Shown: positions 8,861-19,901 of the stretch, one piece after another
How the letters are laid out: each line of letters starts with the position of its first letter
Numbering within the stretch: position 1 is the first letter of the stretch
Translations under genes and position numbers: made by a program
Assembly (NCBI GenBank): GCA_002368175.1
Contig: AP018172.1
Span: forward strand, 93,599 to 157,598
Length of the DNA: 64,000 bases
Reading direction: 5' to 3'
Origin: Calothrix sp. NIES-2098
GTDB taxonomy: Bacteria > Cyanobacteriota > Cyanobacteriia > Cyanobacteriales > Nostocaceae
Notes under the pieces: model-generated
The model's database searches: none
What the model saw: only the letters and a program-made list of their open reading frames with translations
Told to the model about the DNA's origin: nothing

Positions 8861-9547
8861 ATGAATTTTAAATCAATAGGCTTGGGAATAACTTTGACGT
8901 GTGGCACATTGGCTGTAGGCAATAGTCTAACTATGTCACCAGTTCAGGCGTTTAGCCTAAGTGGAACTGTAAGCTTATACGGGCGTGCTGACTTAGGCAC
9001 TAACACAAGCAATCCACTTTCAACTGCTATTACTTGGTTGAAGCAACCTAGGGTTGAAGAAGGTACGGGCGATTTTTTCAATTTAGAAGATCAACCAGTG
9101 ACAATCAAGAATCTACCTCTGACTCTAAAGGCAGGTGAAGTTGCAGGTAATAAGAATACCTACACATTTAACGCTGTGACTAGTTTCATTGATTTCGGTT
9201 CTTATAGTTTAAATGGACAAACTAAAAAGCTGACCTTTGACCTTGATGCAGGAAAACTTACTAGAACTATACAAACTAATGGTGTTGAGGTAGGTACCGT
9301 TAATAATTTGCCATTTGGACTTAGTGGAAAATTTCTGTTTGGTGATGAGACTGTTGCTACAGGGTCTCTAAGTGGAAATAGAAGCTTCTTGGGTAGTGAT
9401 TCTAGTGGTCTTACTACCATTAGTCTAACTACTCAAGCTGTACCCGAACCTTTAACTATATTGGGTTCAGCAACAGCTTTAGGATTCGGCACTACCCTGA
9501 AGAAGAAATACGGCAAAAAGCAAAACAAAGAAAAGACAACAGTTTAA
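8861..9547 (+). CDS. PEP-CTERM sorting-domain secreted protein.
   Basis: N-terminal signal peptide MNFKSIGLGITLTCGTLAVG. The C-terminus VPEPLTILGSATALGFGTTLKKKYGKKQNK has the PEP motif, a hydrophobic helix and a basic tail. Confidence 0.75.
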   Translation: MNFKSIGLGITLTCGTLAVGNSLTMSPVQAFSLSGTVSLYGRADLGTNTSNPLSTAITWLKQPRVEEGTGDFFNLEDQPVTIKNLPLTLKAGEVAGNKNTYTFNAVTSFIDFGSYSLNGQTKKLTFDLDAGKLTRTIQTNGVEVGTVNNLPFGLSGKFLFGDETVATGSLSGNRSFLGSDSSGLTTISLTTQAVPEPLTILGSATALGFGTTLKKKYGKKQNKEKTTV

Positions 9548-10134
9548 TCGCCTTTTCTAGCATTTTCATTGTGCATAATTGAAGTGGTTACATAACAGAA
9601 GCGCTGGTTGATAATTTTTATTTTTGTTGCATCTAACCATTTGTCTACCCAAAACGAATAATTTTCTTAGCCTCTCAAGAGAGAGTTTAAGAACGAAGAG
9701 ATACAGGTTGACTTTTTGGTATTAGTACAAAATTTCTCCAGTTTATTATATTGTTATCAGGTCTATCCAAACTTTGCCAGCGAATGATTAAATTCTTCAC
9801 AAATAAGAAATGTTGTACTAAACCATAATTCGAGAGATTTTGAAGTACAAGGTGCACTTTCCTAAAAATTCATCACTCAAGCTGCTAGGATGTGAAAATT
9901 ATTTTAGTTAGCCACGATCGCACTTAGCTATAATAAGAAATTAATCTGCTTCATTTGATGAGCTAGGTTGTTTATAATTATTCTAAAAAATCTCAAAATA
10001 TCCAAAATTTCAATTAATAATAGCACCTACCTAAACATAGGCAGGTGCTATATCTTTCCATTTAATTTCAGGGATAAATAATATCTACACGAACTCCCTG
10101 AAGGTTAATATAATCAATTTTCAATCTAAATTTT

Positions 10135-10407
10135 TTACACAGCACTACTGCGGTTTAACAAATTCCACAAGAAAACAGCGATAAGCGCGCCGATAACTGC
10201 AACTATGATACCAGTAATGCTGAGAGTAGAAGCAGTTAAGGCTAACGTTCCCGTAGTAAAGAATACTCCTAAACTACCGCCGATAAATGCACCGATGATA
10301 CCTAACAAGATAGTTCCGAGAATTCCGCCACCTTGATGGCCTGGATAAATAGCCTTAGCGATCGCACCAGCTATTAGACCTAAAAGAAGCCAAGCAATAA
10401 TGTTCAT
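10135..10407 (-). CDS. GlsB/YeaQ/YmgE-family (transglycosylase-associated) small stress membrane protein.
   Basis: The 90-aa sequence MNIIAWLLLGLIAGAIAKAIYPG...GIIGAFIGG matches the conserved YeaQ/YmgE pattern. Confidence 0.8.
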   Translation of the reverse strand: MNIIAWLLLGLIAGAIAKAIYPGHQGGGILGTILLGIIGAFIGGSLGVFFTTGTLALTASTLSITGIIVAVIGALIAVFLWNLLNRSSAV

Positions 10408-11144
10408 TGTTGTGATTGAGTAACTTTTTCCTTCGATAAGTAAACATTAACAATTCACCAAGCAATTACCAATCTGCCATTAGAATTATTTATCCATATA
10501 TCTAAAGAGTAATATAAAAAACGCTATATCTTTTGGTATATGCCTGAAATTTGATAAGTAAAAATTTGAAGAAAAAGCTCCTAGTAGGTCTAAGACTAGG
10601 GGCTTATAAAATTATTGCTTGGTAATATTAGTATATGTATTTATGGTTACGTCTCTCCTCTACTTTAAGAATTAAGCTGCTGTATTTCAAAAGTATTGTT
10701 AACTTTACGTTTGCTAAAGTAAATTAGTAGCTTTTAAGGGAAAATTTTTGTAATAATCCTCTTAAGCATTACTCAGACGTTTGATTATCAAAATCACTTT
10801 ATACCTTTGGACAGAGGTTTATTGGTTTTGGGTTCATGAAAATTTAAATTGAATAATTTATATTACTTTGCATTCACTCCCATTCAATTTAAGTTAAGTC
10901 TGCATTTCTAAACGCTGGCGGGTTTTGTTCAGACTCGATGGTTGGCGAGCTTGTGCAACTTATTTCTGTTTATTCCCAGCACGTTAGACGAAACATCAAA
11001 TCATTCATCAATATCAAGCGCCTAATTGAAAACCGGTTTCAATGTTTGCATAGAAGTGATTTTGAATTATTCTTGATTGCTTTAAATTCTGTAGTCTTTG
11101 GTATTGTCAAAGCAAACTAAAATAATTGTTTCAAGGAGTAAGAA

Positions 11145-11618
11145 ATGGCTAAATCACAAACACAAAATATTCTTTCTTTGATTGAGGCAGAACATCGCCA
11201 AGTTGAAAAACTCTTTGCAGAGGCAGAAAAGGCTGATTCTAATCAGTTATATGATTGCTTTAATCAAATATATAAAGCATTGACATTACACGCTAGGACT
11301 GAAGAACTAGTATTCTATCCAGCAATGCGAGAGTATGAGGAGACTGAACAATATATTGAAGAAGCTGAAGCAGAACACGAAGAGGCTAAAATTCTTCTAG
11401 AGGAAATTAAAGCACTCAAACCGACTGATTCAGAGTTTAAAACAAAAATTAAGGAACTGAAAAAGGCAGTTCAACATCATGTAGGAGAGGAAGAAGAAGA
11501 AATTTTTCCAGCTATATCTGATTGTATGAGCGATCGCCAACTCAGCGAACTGGGTCAGGAGTTTGAAAAAACTAAAGCTCAACTAGAGGAAGAAGTGAAA
11601 GCTGCTATGATAACATAG
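11145..11618 (+). CDS. Hemerythrin-like (HHE cation-binding domain) protein.
   Basis: 157 aa, acidic and helical. His/Glu spacing (EAEHRQVEKLF, LTLHARTEE, EAEHEEAKILLEEI, VQHHVGEEEEEIFP) is consistent with a hemerythrin-type diiron four-helix bundle. Confidence 0.55.
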   Translation: MAKSQTQNILSLIEAEHRQVEKLFAEAEKADSNQLYDCFNQIYKALTLHARTEELVFYPAMREYEETEQYIEEAEAEHEEAKILLEEIKALKPTDSEFKTKIKELKKAVQHHVGEEEEEIFPAISDCMSDRQLSELGQEFEKTKAQLEEEVKAAMIT

Positions 11619-11878
11619 GGCAATTCTTACGCATTCTTTGTTGAGTAGATGATGTATCTTTAAGCATTCACATAAAACTTAGGTAGGTTTTTGATATTTA
11701 GTTGAATATCGGAAACCTACCTAAAAGTTTGTAAATTAAAAATTATACTATTTCACTTTCATAATCATACAAATGCACAAGTAAGGGTTTAGCAATAGTC
11801 ATAACTACGAACTCATTCTTCACTCATAATTAATGCGATGAACCATTAATAAACCGCAGCAACAGAAACTAAATAGCT

Positions 11879-13300
11879 ATGAAAGAAAACCAGGACTACC
11901 ATATGTCTCCCGAAGAATTTCGCCACTGGGGATATAAAACTATTGATTGGATAGCCGACTATTTAGAGAATGTGGAAAAGCTTCCCGTTCTTTCGCAAGT
12001 TGAACCTGGAGATATTCGAGCAAAGTTACCAAATACTGCACCTGTGCAAGGCGAATCTTTTGCGGAGATTATAAAAGATATTGATGAAATAATAGTACCG
12101 GGATTAACAAATTGGCAGTCTCCCAACTTCTTTGCATTCTTTCCTACAGGTATTTCTGCACCTTCAATTCTTGGCGAATTACTGAGTGCTGGTATGGGCG
12201 TGCAGGGAATGTTATGGGCTACTTCTCCGGCTTGTACTGAGTTAGAAACTCATGTTTTAGATTGGCTAGTAGATATGCTGGAATTACCCTTGCATTTTAA
12301 ATCTACTCAAACAGGGGGAGGAGTAATTCAAGATTCAGCTAGCAGTGCAACTCTTGTGGCTTTGGTAGCAGCGAGGGAACAAGCAAAAGCAGATATGAGT
12401 AAATTAGTTGCTTACACTTCTACCCAGGCGCACTCTTCAGTTGAGAAGGGAGTCAAGATTGCGGGAATTAGCCATGAAAATTTGCGCTATATAGAAGTTG
12501 ATGCTAATTATGCAATGAAGCCAGAAGCATTACAACAATGCATAGAAAAAGATATTCAGGCTGGGTTAACGCCTTTTTATTTGGCTGCTACTGTCGGGAC
12601 AACTTCATCAAATGCAATCGATCCTTTACCGCAGTTAGGCGCGATCGCTCACAAATACAATATCTGGTTTCATGTTGATGGGGCAATGAGTGGTACAGCC
12701 GCCTTATGTCCTGAATTTCGCTGGATTCATCGAGGTTTGGAGTTAGCCGATAGCTATTGCTTCAATCCCCATAAATGGATGATGACAAATTTTGACTGTA
12801 CTTGCTTTTACGCGCGCGATCGCGCCAAGCTAATTCAGTCCCTTTCAATCGTGCCAGAATACTTGAAAAATCAAGCCAGCGAATCAGGTGTGGTAATTGA
12901 CTATCGAGACTGGCAAATTCCCCTAGGAAGAAGATTCCGCAGCCTTAAGCTTTGGTTTGTGATTCGCCATTATGGAATTGCAGGCTTACAGCATTATGTG
13001 CGCAAGCATATAGCTTTAGCCCAAGAGTTTGCTGAATGGGTAAAATCAGATTCGCGCTTTGAATTAGCAGTCAATCCGCCGTTAAATTTGGTATGTTTTC
13101 GGCACAAAGGCGGCGATAAGATAAACCTTGCGATCGCTAACAGTCTCAACTCTTCTGGCAAAATATACCTAACTTCCACCAAGCTTGACCAAAAAGTTAC
13201 TCTCAGAATGTCAATTGGACAAGCAACAACTGAGAAATTACACGTGCAGCAAGCTTGGGAATTAATCTGCCAAATAGCCGATGGAATTGTGGGTGTTTAG
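11879..13300 (+). CDS. Pyridoxal-phosphate-dependent group II decarboxylase (aromatic L-amino-acid / tyrosine decarboxylase-like).
   Basis: The 473-aa protein has DSYCFNPHKWMMTNFDCTCFYARDR (PLP-lysine region of DDC/TyrDC-type enzymes). The N-terminus FRHWGYKTIDWIADYLENV is typical of AADC. Confidence 0.85.
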   Translation: MKENQDYHMSPEEFRHWGYKTIDWIADYLENVEKLPVLSQVEPGDIRAKLPNTAPVQGESFAEIIKDIDEIIVPGLTNWQSPNFFAFFPTGISAPSILGELLSAGMGVQGMLWATSPACTELETHVLDWLVDMLELPLHFKSTQTGGGVIQDSASSATLVALVAAREQAKADMSKLVAYTSTQAHSSVEKGVKIAGISHENLRYIEVDANYAMKPEALQQCIEKDIQAGLTPFYLAATVGTTSSNAIDPLPQLGAIAHKYNIWFHVDGAMSGTAALCPEFRWIHRGLELADSYCFNPHKWMMTNFDCTCFYARDRAKLIQSLSIVPEYLKNQASESGVVIDYRDWQIPLGRRFRSLKLWFVIRHYGIAGLQHYVRKHIALAQEFAEWVKSDSRFELAVNPPLNLVCFRHKGGDKINLAIANSLNSSGKIYLTSTKLDQKVTLRMSIGQATTEKLHVQQAWELICQIADGIVGV

Positions 13301-13968
13301 CTAGGAGTACCAAGAGATAGCGGTTGATGGGGATTTGCGGCTTTGATTAGCAACTCGCGAACTTCATCATCTGTAGTTTGCCCAAAGCGTTCATACCATT
13401 GACCAACGCTGTAGAAAGGTTTGGGTGTCGCCAGACAAACCATTTCGTCTACTTTGTCTGCTAATTGTGAGTAAGCTGTGGATGGTGCAACTGGGACTGC
13501 AACTACAATCCGGGTAGGTTGCTGTTTTCGGACTGCAAGAATCGCCGCCCACATGGTTGCACCAGTTGCTAAACCGTCATCTACCAAAATCACTGTCTTT
13601 CCTTGTAGTTTTGGGAAAGGGCCATTCCCACGATACAGCTGTTCTCGTCGCTTTAATTCTTGATATTCTTGCGCCGCTACTTCAGCAATATTTTGTTCCG
13701 AAAGATTGAGGTCGCGAACAATATCTTCATTAAGTATTTCTACATCACCAGATGCGATCGCTCCCATTGCCAACTCTTGTTGATTGGGTACGCCTAATTT
13801 GCGTACTAACAAAACATCTAATTCAATATTTAATACTGTAGCAATTTCAAAGGCAATAGGTACGCCACCTCTTGGTAAGGCTAGCACCAATACATCCGGG
13901 CGGTTAGCATAGCCTGTTAAATCTTGAGCTAACAACCGACCAGCTGAACTTCGGTCTGTAAATAACAT
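13297..13968 (-). CDS. Phosphoribosyltransferase-domain protein (predicted PRTase).
   Basis: PRPP-binding motif VILVDDGLATGATMWAAI. The gene is convergent with the decarboxylase and overlaps it by 4 bp. Confidence 0.7.
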   Translation of the reverse strand: MLFTDRSSAGRLLAQDLTGYANRPDVLVLALPRGGVPIAFEIATVLNIELDVLLVRKLGVPNQQELAMGAIASGDVEILNEDIVRDLNLSEQNIAEVAAQEYQELKRREQLYRGNGPFPKLQGKTVILVDDGLATGATMWAAILAVRKQQPTRIVVAVPVAPSTAYSQLADKVDEMVCLATPKPFYSVGQWYERFGQTTDDEVRELLIKAANPHQPLSLGTPS

Positions 13969-14176
13969 GAGTAATAAGTTGTTGCTACTATTTTTATCCT
14001 ATGAACCGATTTTAAAAAGCTAATAATTTCCTGTCTTCTTACTAATGGAGCGACATGTTCAGACTATGTATCTGCCTAAAGTATGAGTTAGTAATCGATC
14101 GGAGCACTTTAGCTTGAAGATACCTAATTAAAGCTATTATCTAAATTTATCTAGTCAATCTATACAAATAACTAAG

Positions 14177-16063
14177 CTAGTTTGCATTATTCGAGTATTT
14201 ATTAATTTCTAAATAGCTTTTCCAAAAATCTTTATTAGTAAGTTCCGGTAGTGTTTGTCTATAAAGTTGTCTTAAGCGAGAAAACTTAATTAAAAGTTGA
14301 AAACAGATGATTATTATTTTCACAAAAACTTTTAGGAATTCCCACCGTGAAACTTTCACAACAAAGCCTTCCTGATTACTCAAGTTATAGTACAAAGCTT
14401 TCTTGGCTCTGAAAAAGTTTATCGGTCTATACCCATGCATCGGAACAATAGTATATCCTTTTTCTGATAACTTATTATCGTTATGGAATAAAAAGTTAGG
14501 TAATAAATGACCATTTAATGTAATTCTTCTTAGCCAACGATGTAGGGTAGTCTCTGTCTCCTCAATACTTTTCTCATACTTAACATAAACAAAAGGTAGC
14601 TCTAGTTTCTTTATTGCTTTCTCTCCCATACGCAAAATTTCCAAGTTATTCTTTTCTGGGTCAACTGTTCTCAAGCGATCGGGGCCATTTAAAAAATCTG
14701 AAGCTGCTTGTAGAATGAGATGTGCAGTTTTGTACCTATAGCAACATGCTTCTTTCAGGCTAAATTTTAAAATCTTTTTAATTGCGCTGATGCTGCTGTA
14801 TGTATCAGAGTGAATAGCACTTAAAATCATTTCGTTTTTTATAGAATAATAATGTTGTGGTGCAGGAGAACACTTACTTTCAAAAGACTCATGCCAGACA
14901 CATATACCATTTAGAGTTACATTTTTTTGCTTTAATCTTATTCCTAGTTCTATGTCATCACCTCTCACAAAAAAAGGATAGGGTAGGTTAAGATTATCTA
15001 TAGTTTTTGTTGGAAAGCAAAAGAGCCACCAGCCATTATAGTTAACGTATTCCTCAATTTCATTGAATAAAACAGTTTTTAAAAGTCTTAAATCGAGATC
15101 CGGCTTGACTCTAACAACCTCATTATCCCAGATAGCCCCATTTTCGTGCTGAATATATTTACGATCTAGCTTTAACATACTGCCACCAATACACAAGCTC
15201 TTGTCATTAAGAACTCTTTGTAAGTTATAAATTCTTTCAAAAGCTTCTGGCGCTATAACAACATCATCATCCATAAATATAATATGTGAAAAATCATTTT
15301 CACGTTCCAACACTTCTATAATACCTCTCGTATAACCGCCACTTCCTCCTGTATTTTTATTAGGGACTAAATGAATTTTAGAATTTAGAATACTATTTAA
15401 TGTTCTGCCATTGTCAATTATAAATATTTCAAATTTGTTTTCAATATCTGGTTTAATAAAAAGATATTTGTCTAATAATTCAATATTTCTATAAACATAT
15501 GCTTCTCTTTTATATGTACATATAACAATAGCAATCTTCTCATTGGCCTCTGTAGAGAGATTAGCATTTGTATGAAAGTAACCATTTCCAAATAAACAAT
15601 TATCTTTTAAAGCTTGAATTTCAACATAAAGCAAGCCTTTATAACCTTGAATTTTTATATCTTGAAACACGCTAACTTCATCTAAAGTTTCGGTGGTAAT
15701 AACCGTTTGCTTTACTAAATTTGCTTTTTCTGAGAAATAATCAACTTGGAATAACTTAATTTGAAATTTTCCTTGTAGATATAAGTTAATATTTATTGTT
15801 TTTACACTTGTATATTCCTGCCATTTCTGTACTGAGAAAGCGTTAAAATAAGTATTAAATTTGATAATTCCACCTTCTTTAAGTTCAACTCTATTTTGCT
15901 CATAATTCAGCAAACATTTAGAATTTAGCCGGAGAAAGAGTTCTTCTGTAGTACAAATATCAGTATTTGGTAAGATAATATTTTGTAGTTTAACAGCAGT
16001 TAGAGTGTTTTGCAGGTTTGTTTTTGGGTTTGCAATAACCTCTGTCATTTTCAATTTCTCCAT
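14177..16063 (-). CDS. Glycosyltransferase family 2 protein (628 aa) with an N-terminal non-catalytic domain.
   Basis: GT-A signatures are present: IAIVICTYKRE, FIIDNG, GGSGGYTRGIIE, and IIFMDDD (DXD). Confidence 0.75.
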   Translation of the reverse strand: MEKLKMTEVIANPKTNLQNTLTAVKLQNIILPNTDICTTEELFLRLNSKCLLNYEQNRVELKEGGIIKFNTYFNAFSVQKWQEYTSVKTININLYLQGKFQIKLFQVDYFSEKANLVKQTVITTETLDEVSVFQDIKIQGYKGLLYVEIQALKDNCLFGNGYFHTNANLSTEANEKIAIVICTYKREAYVYRNIELLDKYLFIKPDIENKFEIFIIDNGRTLNSILNSKIHLVPNKNTGGSGGYTRGIIEVLERENDFSHIIFMDDDVVIAPEAFERIYNLQRVLNDKSLCIGGSMLKLDRKYIQHENGAIWDNEVVRVKPDLDLRLLKTVLFNEIEEYVNYNGWWLFCFPTKTIDNLNLPYPFFVRGDDIELGIRLKQKNVTLNGICVWHESFESKCSPAPQHYYSIKNEMILSAIHSDTYSSISAIKKILKFSLKEACCYRYKTAHLILQAASDFLNGPDRLRTVDPEKNNLEILRMGEKAIKKLELPFVYVKYEKSIEETETTLHRWLRRITLNGHLLPNFLFHNDNKLSEKGYTIVPMHGYRPINFFRAKKALYYNLSNQEGFVVKVSRWEFLKVFVKIIIICFQLLIKFSRLRQLYRQTLPELTNKDFWKSYLEINKYSNNAN

Positions 16064-16257
16064 TTATAAATGCCGAATAAGAAGCAAAAGTGCTACTAAA
16101 AGTTGCTGAATACACATCTCTCATTGCTAATAGATTAAACAGCGATTAATATACCACCAAAACTAGCCTCGATAACGCAATTTTAAATTTCGTATTAGCA
16201 ACTTTTAATTGCTAGAGTATCTTAAAGTATCCACATCAAAAAATCATAACTAGATAG

Positions 16258-18561
16258 CTAACAAGCCTCTTCACTCAAATTAGCTTTATTAAAATTAGTT
16301 TTATGCAGATTTAACCCAGCTTTCCAGCCAACGAGAGTTCCGGCAAAAGTTTGCTGAATGTATCTTATTAAAGTTGAGATTGGAAGATGATGTGTAAATT
16401 TTAAACGCAGTATCCTGAGTAAGCAACGATAGGTTAGCAGTAATATTAAGCGAGTTAAAAAAATAGCAAATGGAATTTTTTTAAGGCCATGCTTAAAAGC
16501 AAAGTAAGTTGTATTTTTTGCTAAAGAATACCAGCAGGTAAGATGCTTTTGATCGATGCGATTATGGCTAGGCTGAGGATAGTGATTTACAGTAACGTCA
16601 GCATAATGAACTTCATAGCCAGCTTTGATTATACGTAAACAAACATCAGTTTCATCGAGAAAGTAATCAAAAAATTCATCATAGCCATTAATTTTTTCAA
16701 GTAAATCTTTTCTAAAAGATGAATTTGTGCCCATTAAACCGTTAAACCAAAAACCATCTGCTTGGTTATAATCAGCAGCATCAGCAGAGCGAATGGCAAT
16801 TGTTTCGCTCAAAACATTGGTAATTCCATGACAAAATTGTAAGGGTTGATTATTACGAGTTAAGTCTCTAACTTTACCTCCAACTGCACCACATTTGTTA
16901 CCATATAAAGAATAGGTAAATATTAATTTTTCTATCCATTCCGAGGGTGGAATGGCATCATCATCAAAAAAAGCAATAATTGAGCCTGATGCTAATTTGA
17001 TTCCCTTATTTCGGGAGTAACTAATATTGTGCGGTTCAACTTTCAATAATTTTACTGTCAAGCTACTATGATGATTTAGACGATCAACTAGTTCACTCGT
17101 CTGGTTTGTTGAGGAAGCATCAATCACAATCACTTCAAAATTTTGGTAGCATAGGAGTTCTAGCGATTTCAGGGCTTTCTCTAAAAAATGAGAGCGATCG
17201 CTCGTACAAATTACAATTGATACTAAGGGAGAACCTAAATTTGCTGCTGTGTTCGGCATTGGTGGTAACTTAAACTTAAGTTTGCGAACTTGCCAGTATA
17301 TCTGCCACATTTGACTGATAGTTTGATTAACTGAATGAATCAAACTTAAAAAATTAATTGAAACAGGGACGTAACCATTACCCGTAAAATAGTAAACTTG
17401 CTTTGCAAAATTGAGAACGTAAAGTTTGGGTTTTTGATAACTAATAAAAGCTATATCTATTGGTTTATTAAAAAATGCGAGTAGCCATAGCCAAAAATAC
17501 TGAACTAATTTTTGAGGTGGATGCCACAATGTAAGTTGTTGCTCCACCTCCATTTTGTTTAAAATTTGACTTTGTAAATCATCTTGATAAATATTAGATT
17601 GTACAAACACTGTAGAAGGCTGCTGAATAATTTCGTCTAAAGAATACTCAATATAATTTAGCGGTCTAGGCATCTTTCCTCGAATATTTGCAAGGAAGTC
17701 TTGAAAACCTGTAAGAGAAACTTCAGCTAAAAAGTATCGCCCTGTTGCAGCGTAATAAACTAGACGCGGCAAACTTACAATAACTCTTTTTAATACGAAA
17801 TCAGGTCGATGCTTTTGCCAACAGTAACAAAGATTGCGTTCATCATAATAATTAACCCAGGGTCTGCATTTAAAATCAGGTGAATGATGCCAAACAATCG
17901 AAGCTGGATTCGCCGCTACAATCCAACCAGCTTGCTTTGCTCGCAAACACCACTCTACATCATCGAAATGTAAGAAATAATCTTCAAAAACTCCGATTTC
18001 TTGAACAATTTCTTTACGTACTAATAGCGATGCTGCCGCACAAACATCCACATTAATGTAATCTCTACCCTTGAGGATTTCCTCATTTGAAATATTACTG
18101 TAATTACCAAAGTTAGTTTTTAAATGTGCTTTAGTATTGTTAATAAAACTACCTATTTCTTGAATAGTATTTGGTTCCTGTAGTTTGCGAATTTGAGAAC
18201 CAACTAATCCTACTTCAGAATATTTTTGTAAAGTTTGAACTAATGTTTCTAGAGCTAGCGGATCTAGACGAACATCATTATCAAGTAGCCAGATGTAATC
18301 GTATTCAAGTTCGCTCACAAATTGTAAACCGTAAGAAAATCCTCCAGAACCACCTAAATTACTACCTGTTTGCAAAACTTTGATAAAAGAATAGTGGTTT
18401 TCTAAGTAAATTTGAGTACCATCTGTTGAAGCATTATCTACAACATAAATATCTAGATGGAAATTTGGTGCATTGAGTTTTTTGATATCTTCAATTAGCA
18501 AGCAAATATGATGTAGCTTGTTCCAAGTTACAATCACAGTAGCTACTTTAATATTCCTCAT
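16258..18561 (-). CDS. Two-domain glycosyltransferase family 2 protein (767 aa).
   Basis: Two separate GT-A modules. The first has VATVIVTWNK...VVDNASTDGT...GGSGGF...HFDDVEW. The second has VSIVICTSDRSHFLEKALKSLEL...EVIVIDASSTNQT...FFDDDAIP. Confidence 0.8.
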   Translation of the reverse strand: MRNIKVATVIVTWNKLHHICLLIEDIKKLNAPNFHLDIYVVDNASTDGTQIYLENHYSFIKVLQTGSNLGGSGGFSYGLQFVSELEYDYIWLLDNDVRLDPLALETLVQTLQKYSEVGLVGSQIRKLQEPNTIQEIGSFINNTKAHLKTNFGNYSNISNEEILKGRDYINVDVCAAASLLVRKEIVQEIGVFEDYFLHFDDVEWCLRAKQAGWIVAANPASIVWHHSPDFKCRPWVNYYDERNLCYCWQKHRPDFVLKRVIVSLPRLVYYAATGRYFLAEVSLTGFQDFLANIRGKMPRPLNYIEYSLDEIIQQPSTVFVQSNIYQDDLQSQILNKMEVEQQLTLWHPPQKLVQYFWLWLLAFFNKPIDIAFISYQKPKLYVLNFAKQVYYFTGNGYVPVSINFLSLIHSVNQTISQMWQIYWQVRKLKFKLPPMPNTAANLGSPLVSIVICTSDRSHFLEKALKSLELLCYQNFEVIVIDASSTNQTSELVDRLNHHSSLTVKLLKVEPHNISYSRNKGIKLASGSIIAFFDDDAIPPSEWIEKLIFTYSLYGNKCGAVGGKVRDLTRNNQPLQFCHGITNVLSETIAIRSADAADYNQADGFWFNGLMGTNSSFRKDLLEKINGYDEFFDYFLDETDVCLRIIKAGYEVHYADVTVNHYPQPSHNRIDQKHLTCWYSLAKNTTYFAFKHGLKKIPFAIFLTRLILLLTYRCLLRILRLKFTHHLPISTLIRYIQQTFAGTLVGWKAGLNLHKTNFNKANLSEEAC

Positions 18562-18964
18562 AAAATTTATATGTTTGTTTTGGAATATTGCTCGACTTCT
18601 TTAGGTGATTTGAATAGCGTTAGCCAAATCTCCAAAATGTAATTTGCAAACTTATGAGAAAAGATTTCCAAAATTTACCGCAATTGACTTTTAATTTCTT
18701 CTATCTAAAGTTGTGTAAGTCTCTATCTTAAGATCGATATAATGCGTTAAATAATTTAGTAGCAGTAATTACAAACTTATTTAAAATATAATTTACGTAG
18801 CTCTAAATACACATATAATATTAAGTATAGGATTAATATTTGATTTTGGAAATATACATAGAATGGGCATTGCCCACCCTACAAGTACTATTGCCTTTTA
18901 AGCAATAACAAATGAGAAATAACAAAAATATAATTTGACTTTTTTTCACCTAGACAATTAGAAA

Positions 18965-19789
18965 ATGGAATTACTTTCAGAGCCTTTAAGCGTAGAATAT
19001 TTAAATATTGAAATTTCGGGGCTACCTAAGTCATTAAAAAATACTCAGATAGTGCAAATGTCAGATTTCCATTTTGATGGATTGCTACTATCGGAAGAAT
19101 TATTAACACAAGCAATTAATACTAGCAATCAAATTAATCCCGATCTAGTATTACTTACAGGTGATTTTGTGACTCATAGCCCTAAACCAATACATCAACT
19201 AGCAAGTCGGTTGAAGAATTTAAAAAGTCGGGTTGGAATTTATGCAGTTTTAGGAAATCATGACCTATATTTCCCTAACTCTAAAGCAGAAATTACTAGC
19301 GCTTTAACATCTGTAGGTATCCAAGTACTTTGGAATCAAGTAGCTTATCCTTTAGGCTCTGATTTGGCTTTAGTAGGACTTCCTGATTATTGGTCGTCGG
19401 AATTTAACCCTGGATTGGTAATGCGGCAAATAGATGTTAATACACCGCGAATCGTGTTATCTCACAATCCAGATAGCGCCGAAGCACTACAAAAATGGCG
19501 TGTGGATTTACAACTTTCAGGACATACTCACGGCGGTCAAATAGTGATTCCGGGAATTGGTTCTGTACCTAGTTGGATTCATGCTTCTCGTCATGACATT
19601 CCGGAATTTCTCTGGGCTTGGATACCTTTTTTAAAAGGGAAATGGCCAAAAGTTGTGAAAAATTGGCAATGGAGTCAAGGTTTACATTGGGTGGGTACAA
19701 ACAAGCTTTATGTAAATCGCGGTTTGGGAACTTTTCCCCCAGGACGTTGGCATTGTCCGCCGGAAGTGACAGCGATCGCTTTAATTTAA
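18965..19789 (+). CDS. Calcineurin-like metallophosphoesterase.
   Basis: Motifs SDFHFDG, LTGDFVTH, GNHD and GHTHGG are present. Confidence 0.8.
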   Translation: MELLSEPLSVEYLNIEISGLPKSLKNTQIVQMSDFHFDGLLLSEELLTQAINTSNQINPDLVLLTGDFVTHSPKPIHQLASRLKNLKSRVGIYAVLGNHDLYFPNSKAEITSALTSVGIQVLWNQVAYPLGSDLALVGLPDYWSSEFNPGLVMRQIDVNTPRIVLSHNPDSAEALQKWRVDLQLSGHTHGGQIVIPGIGSVPSWIHASRHDIPEFLWAWIPFLKGKWPKVVKNWQWSQGLHWVGTNKLYVNRGLGTFPPGRWHCPPEVTAIALI

Positions 19790-19901
19790 TATTAATAAGC
19801 CTGGGGATCGTAAATTTCTAGTTGGGGCTGTCATTTGTCATTGGTCATGGGTGAAGAAATTTTAGACGAGAGATTTTTGACTACATTACAGATAAAGCAA
19901 T

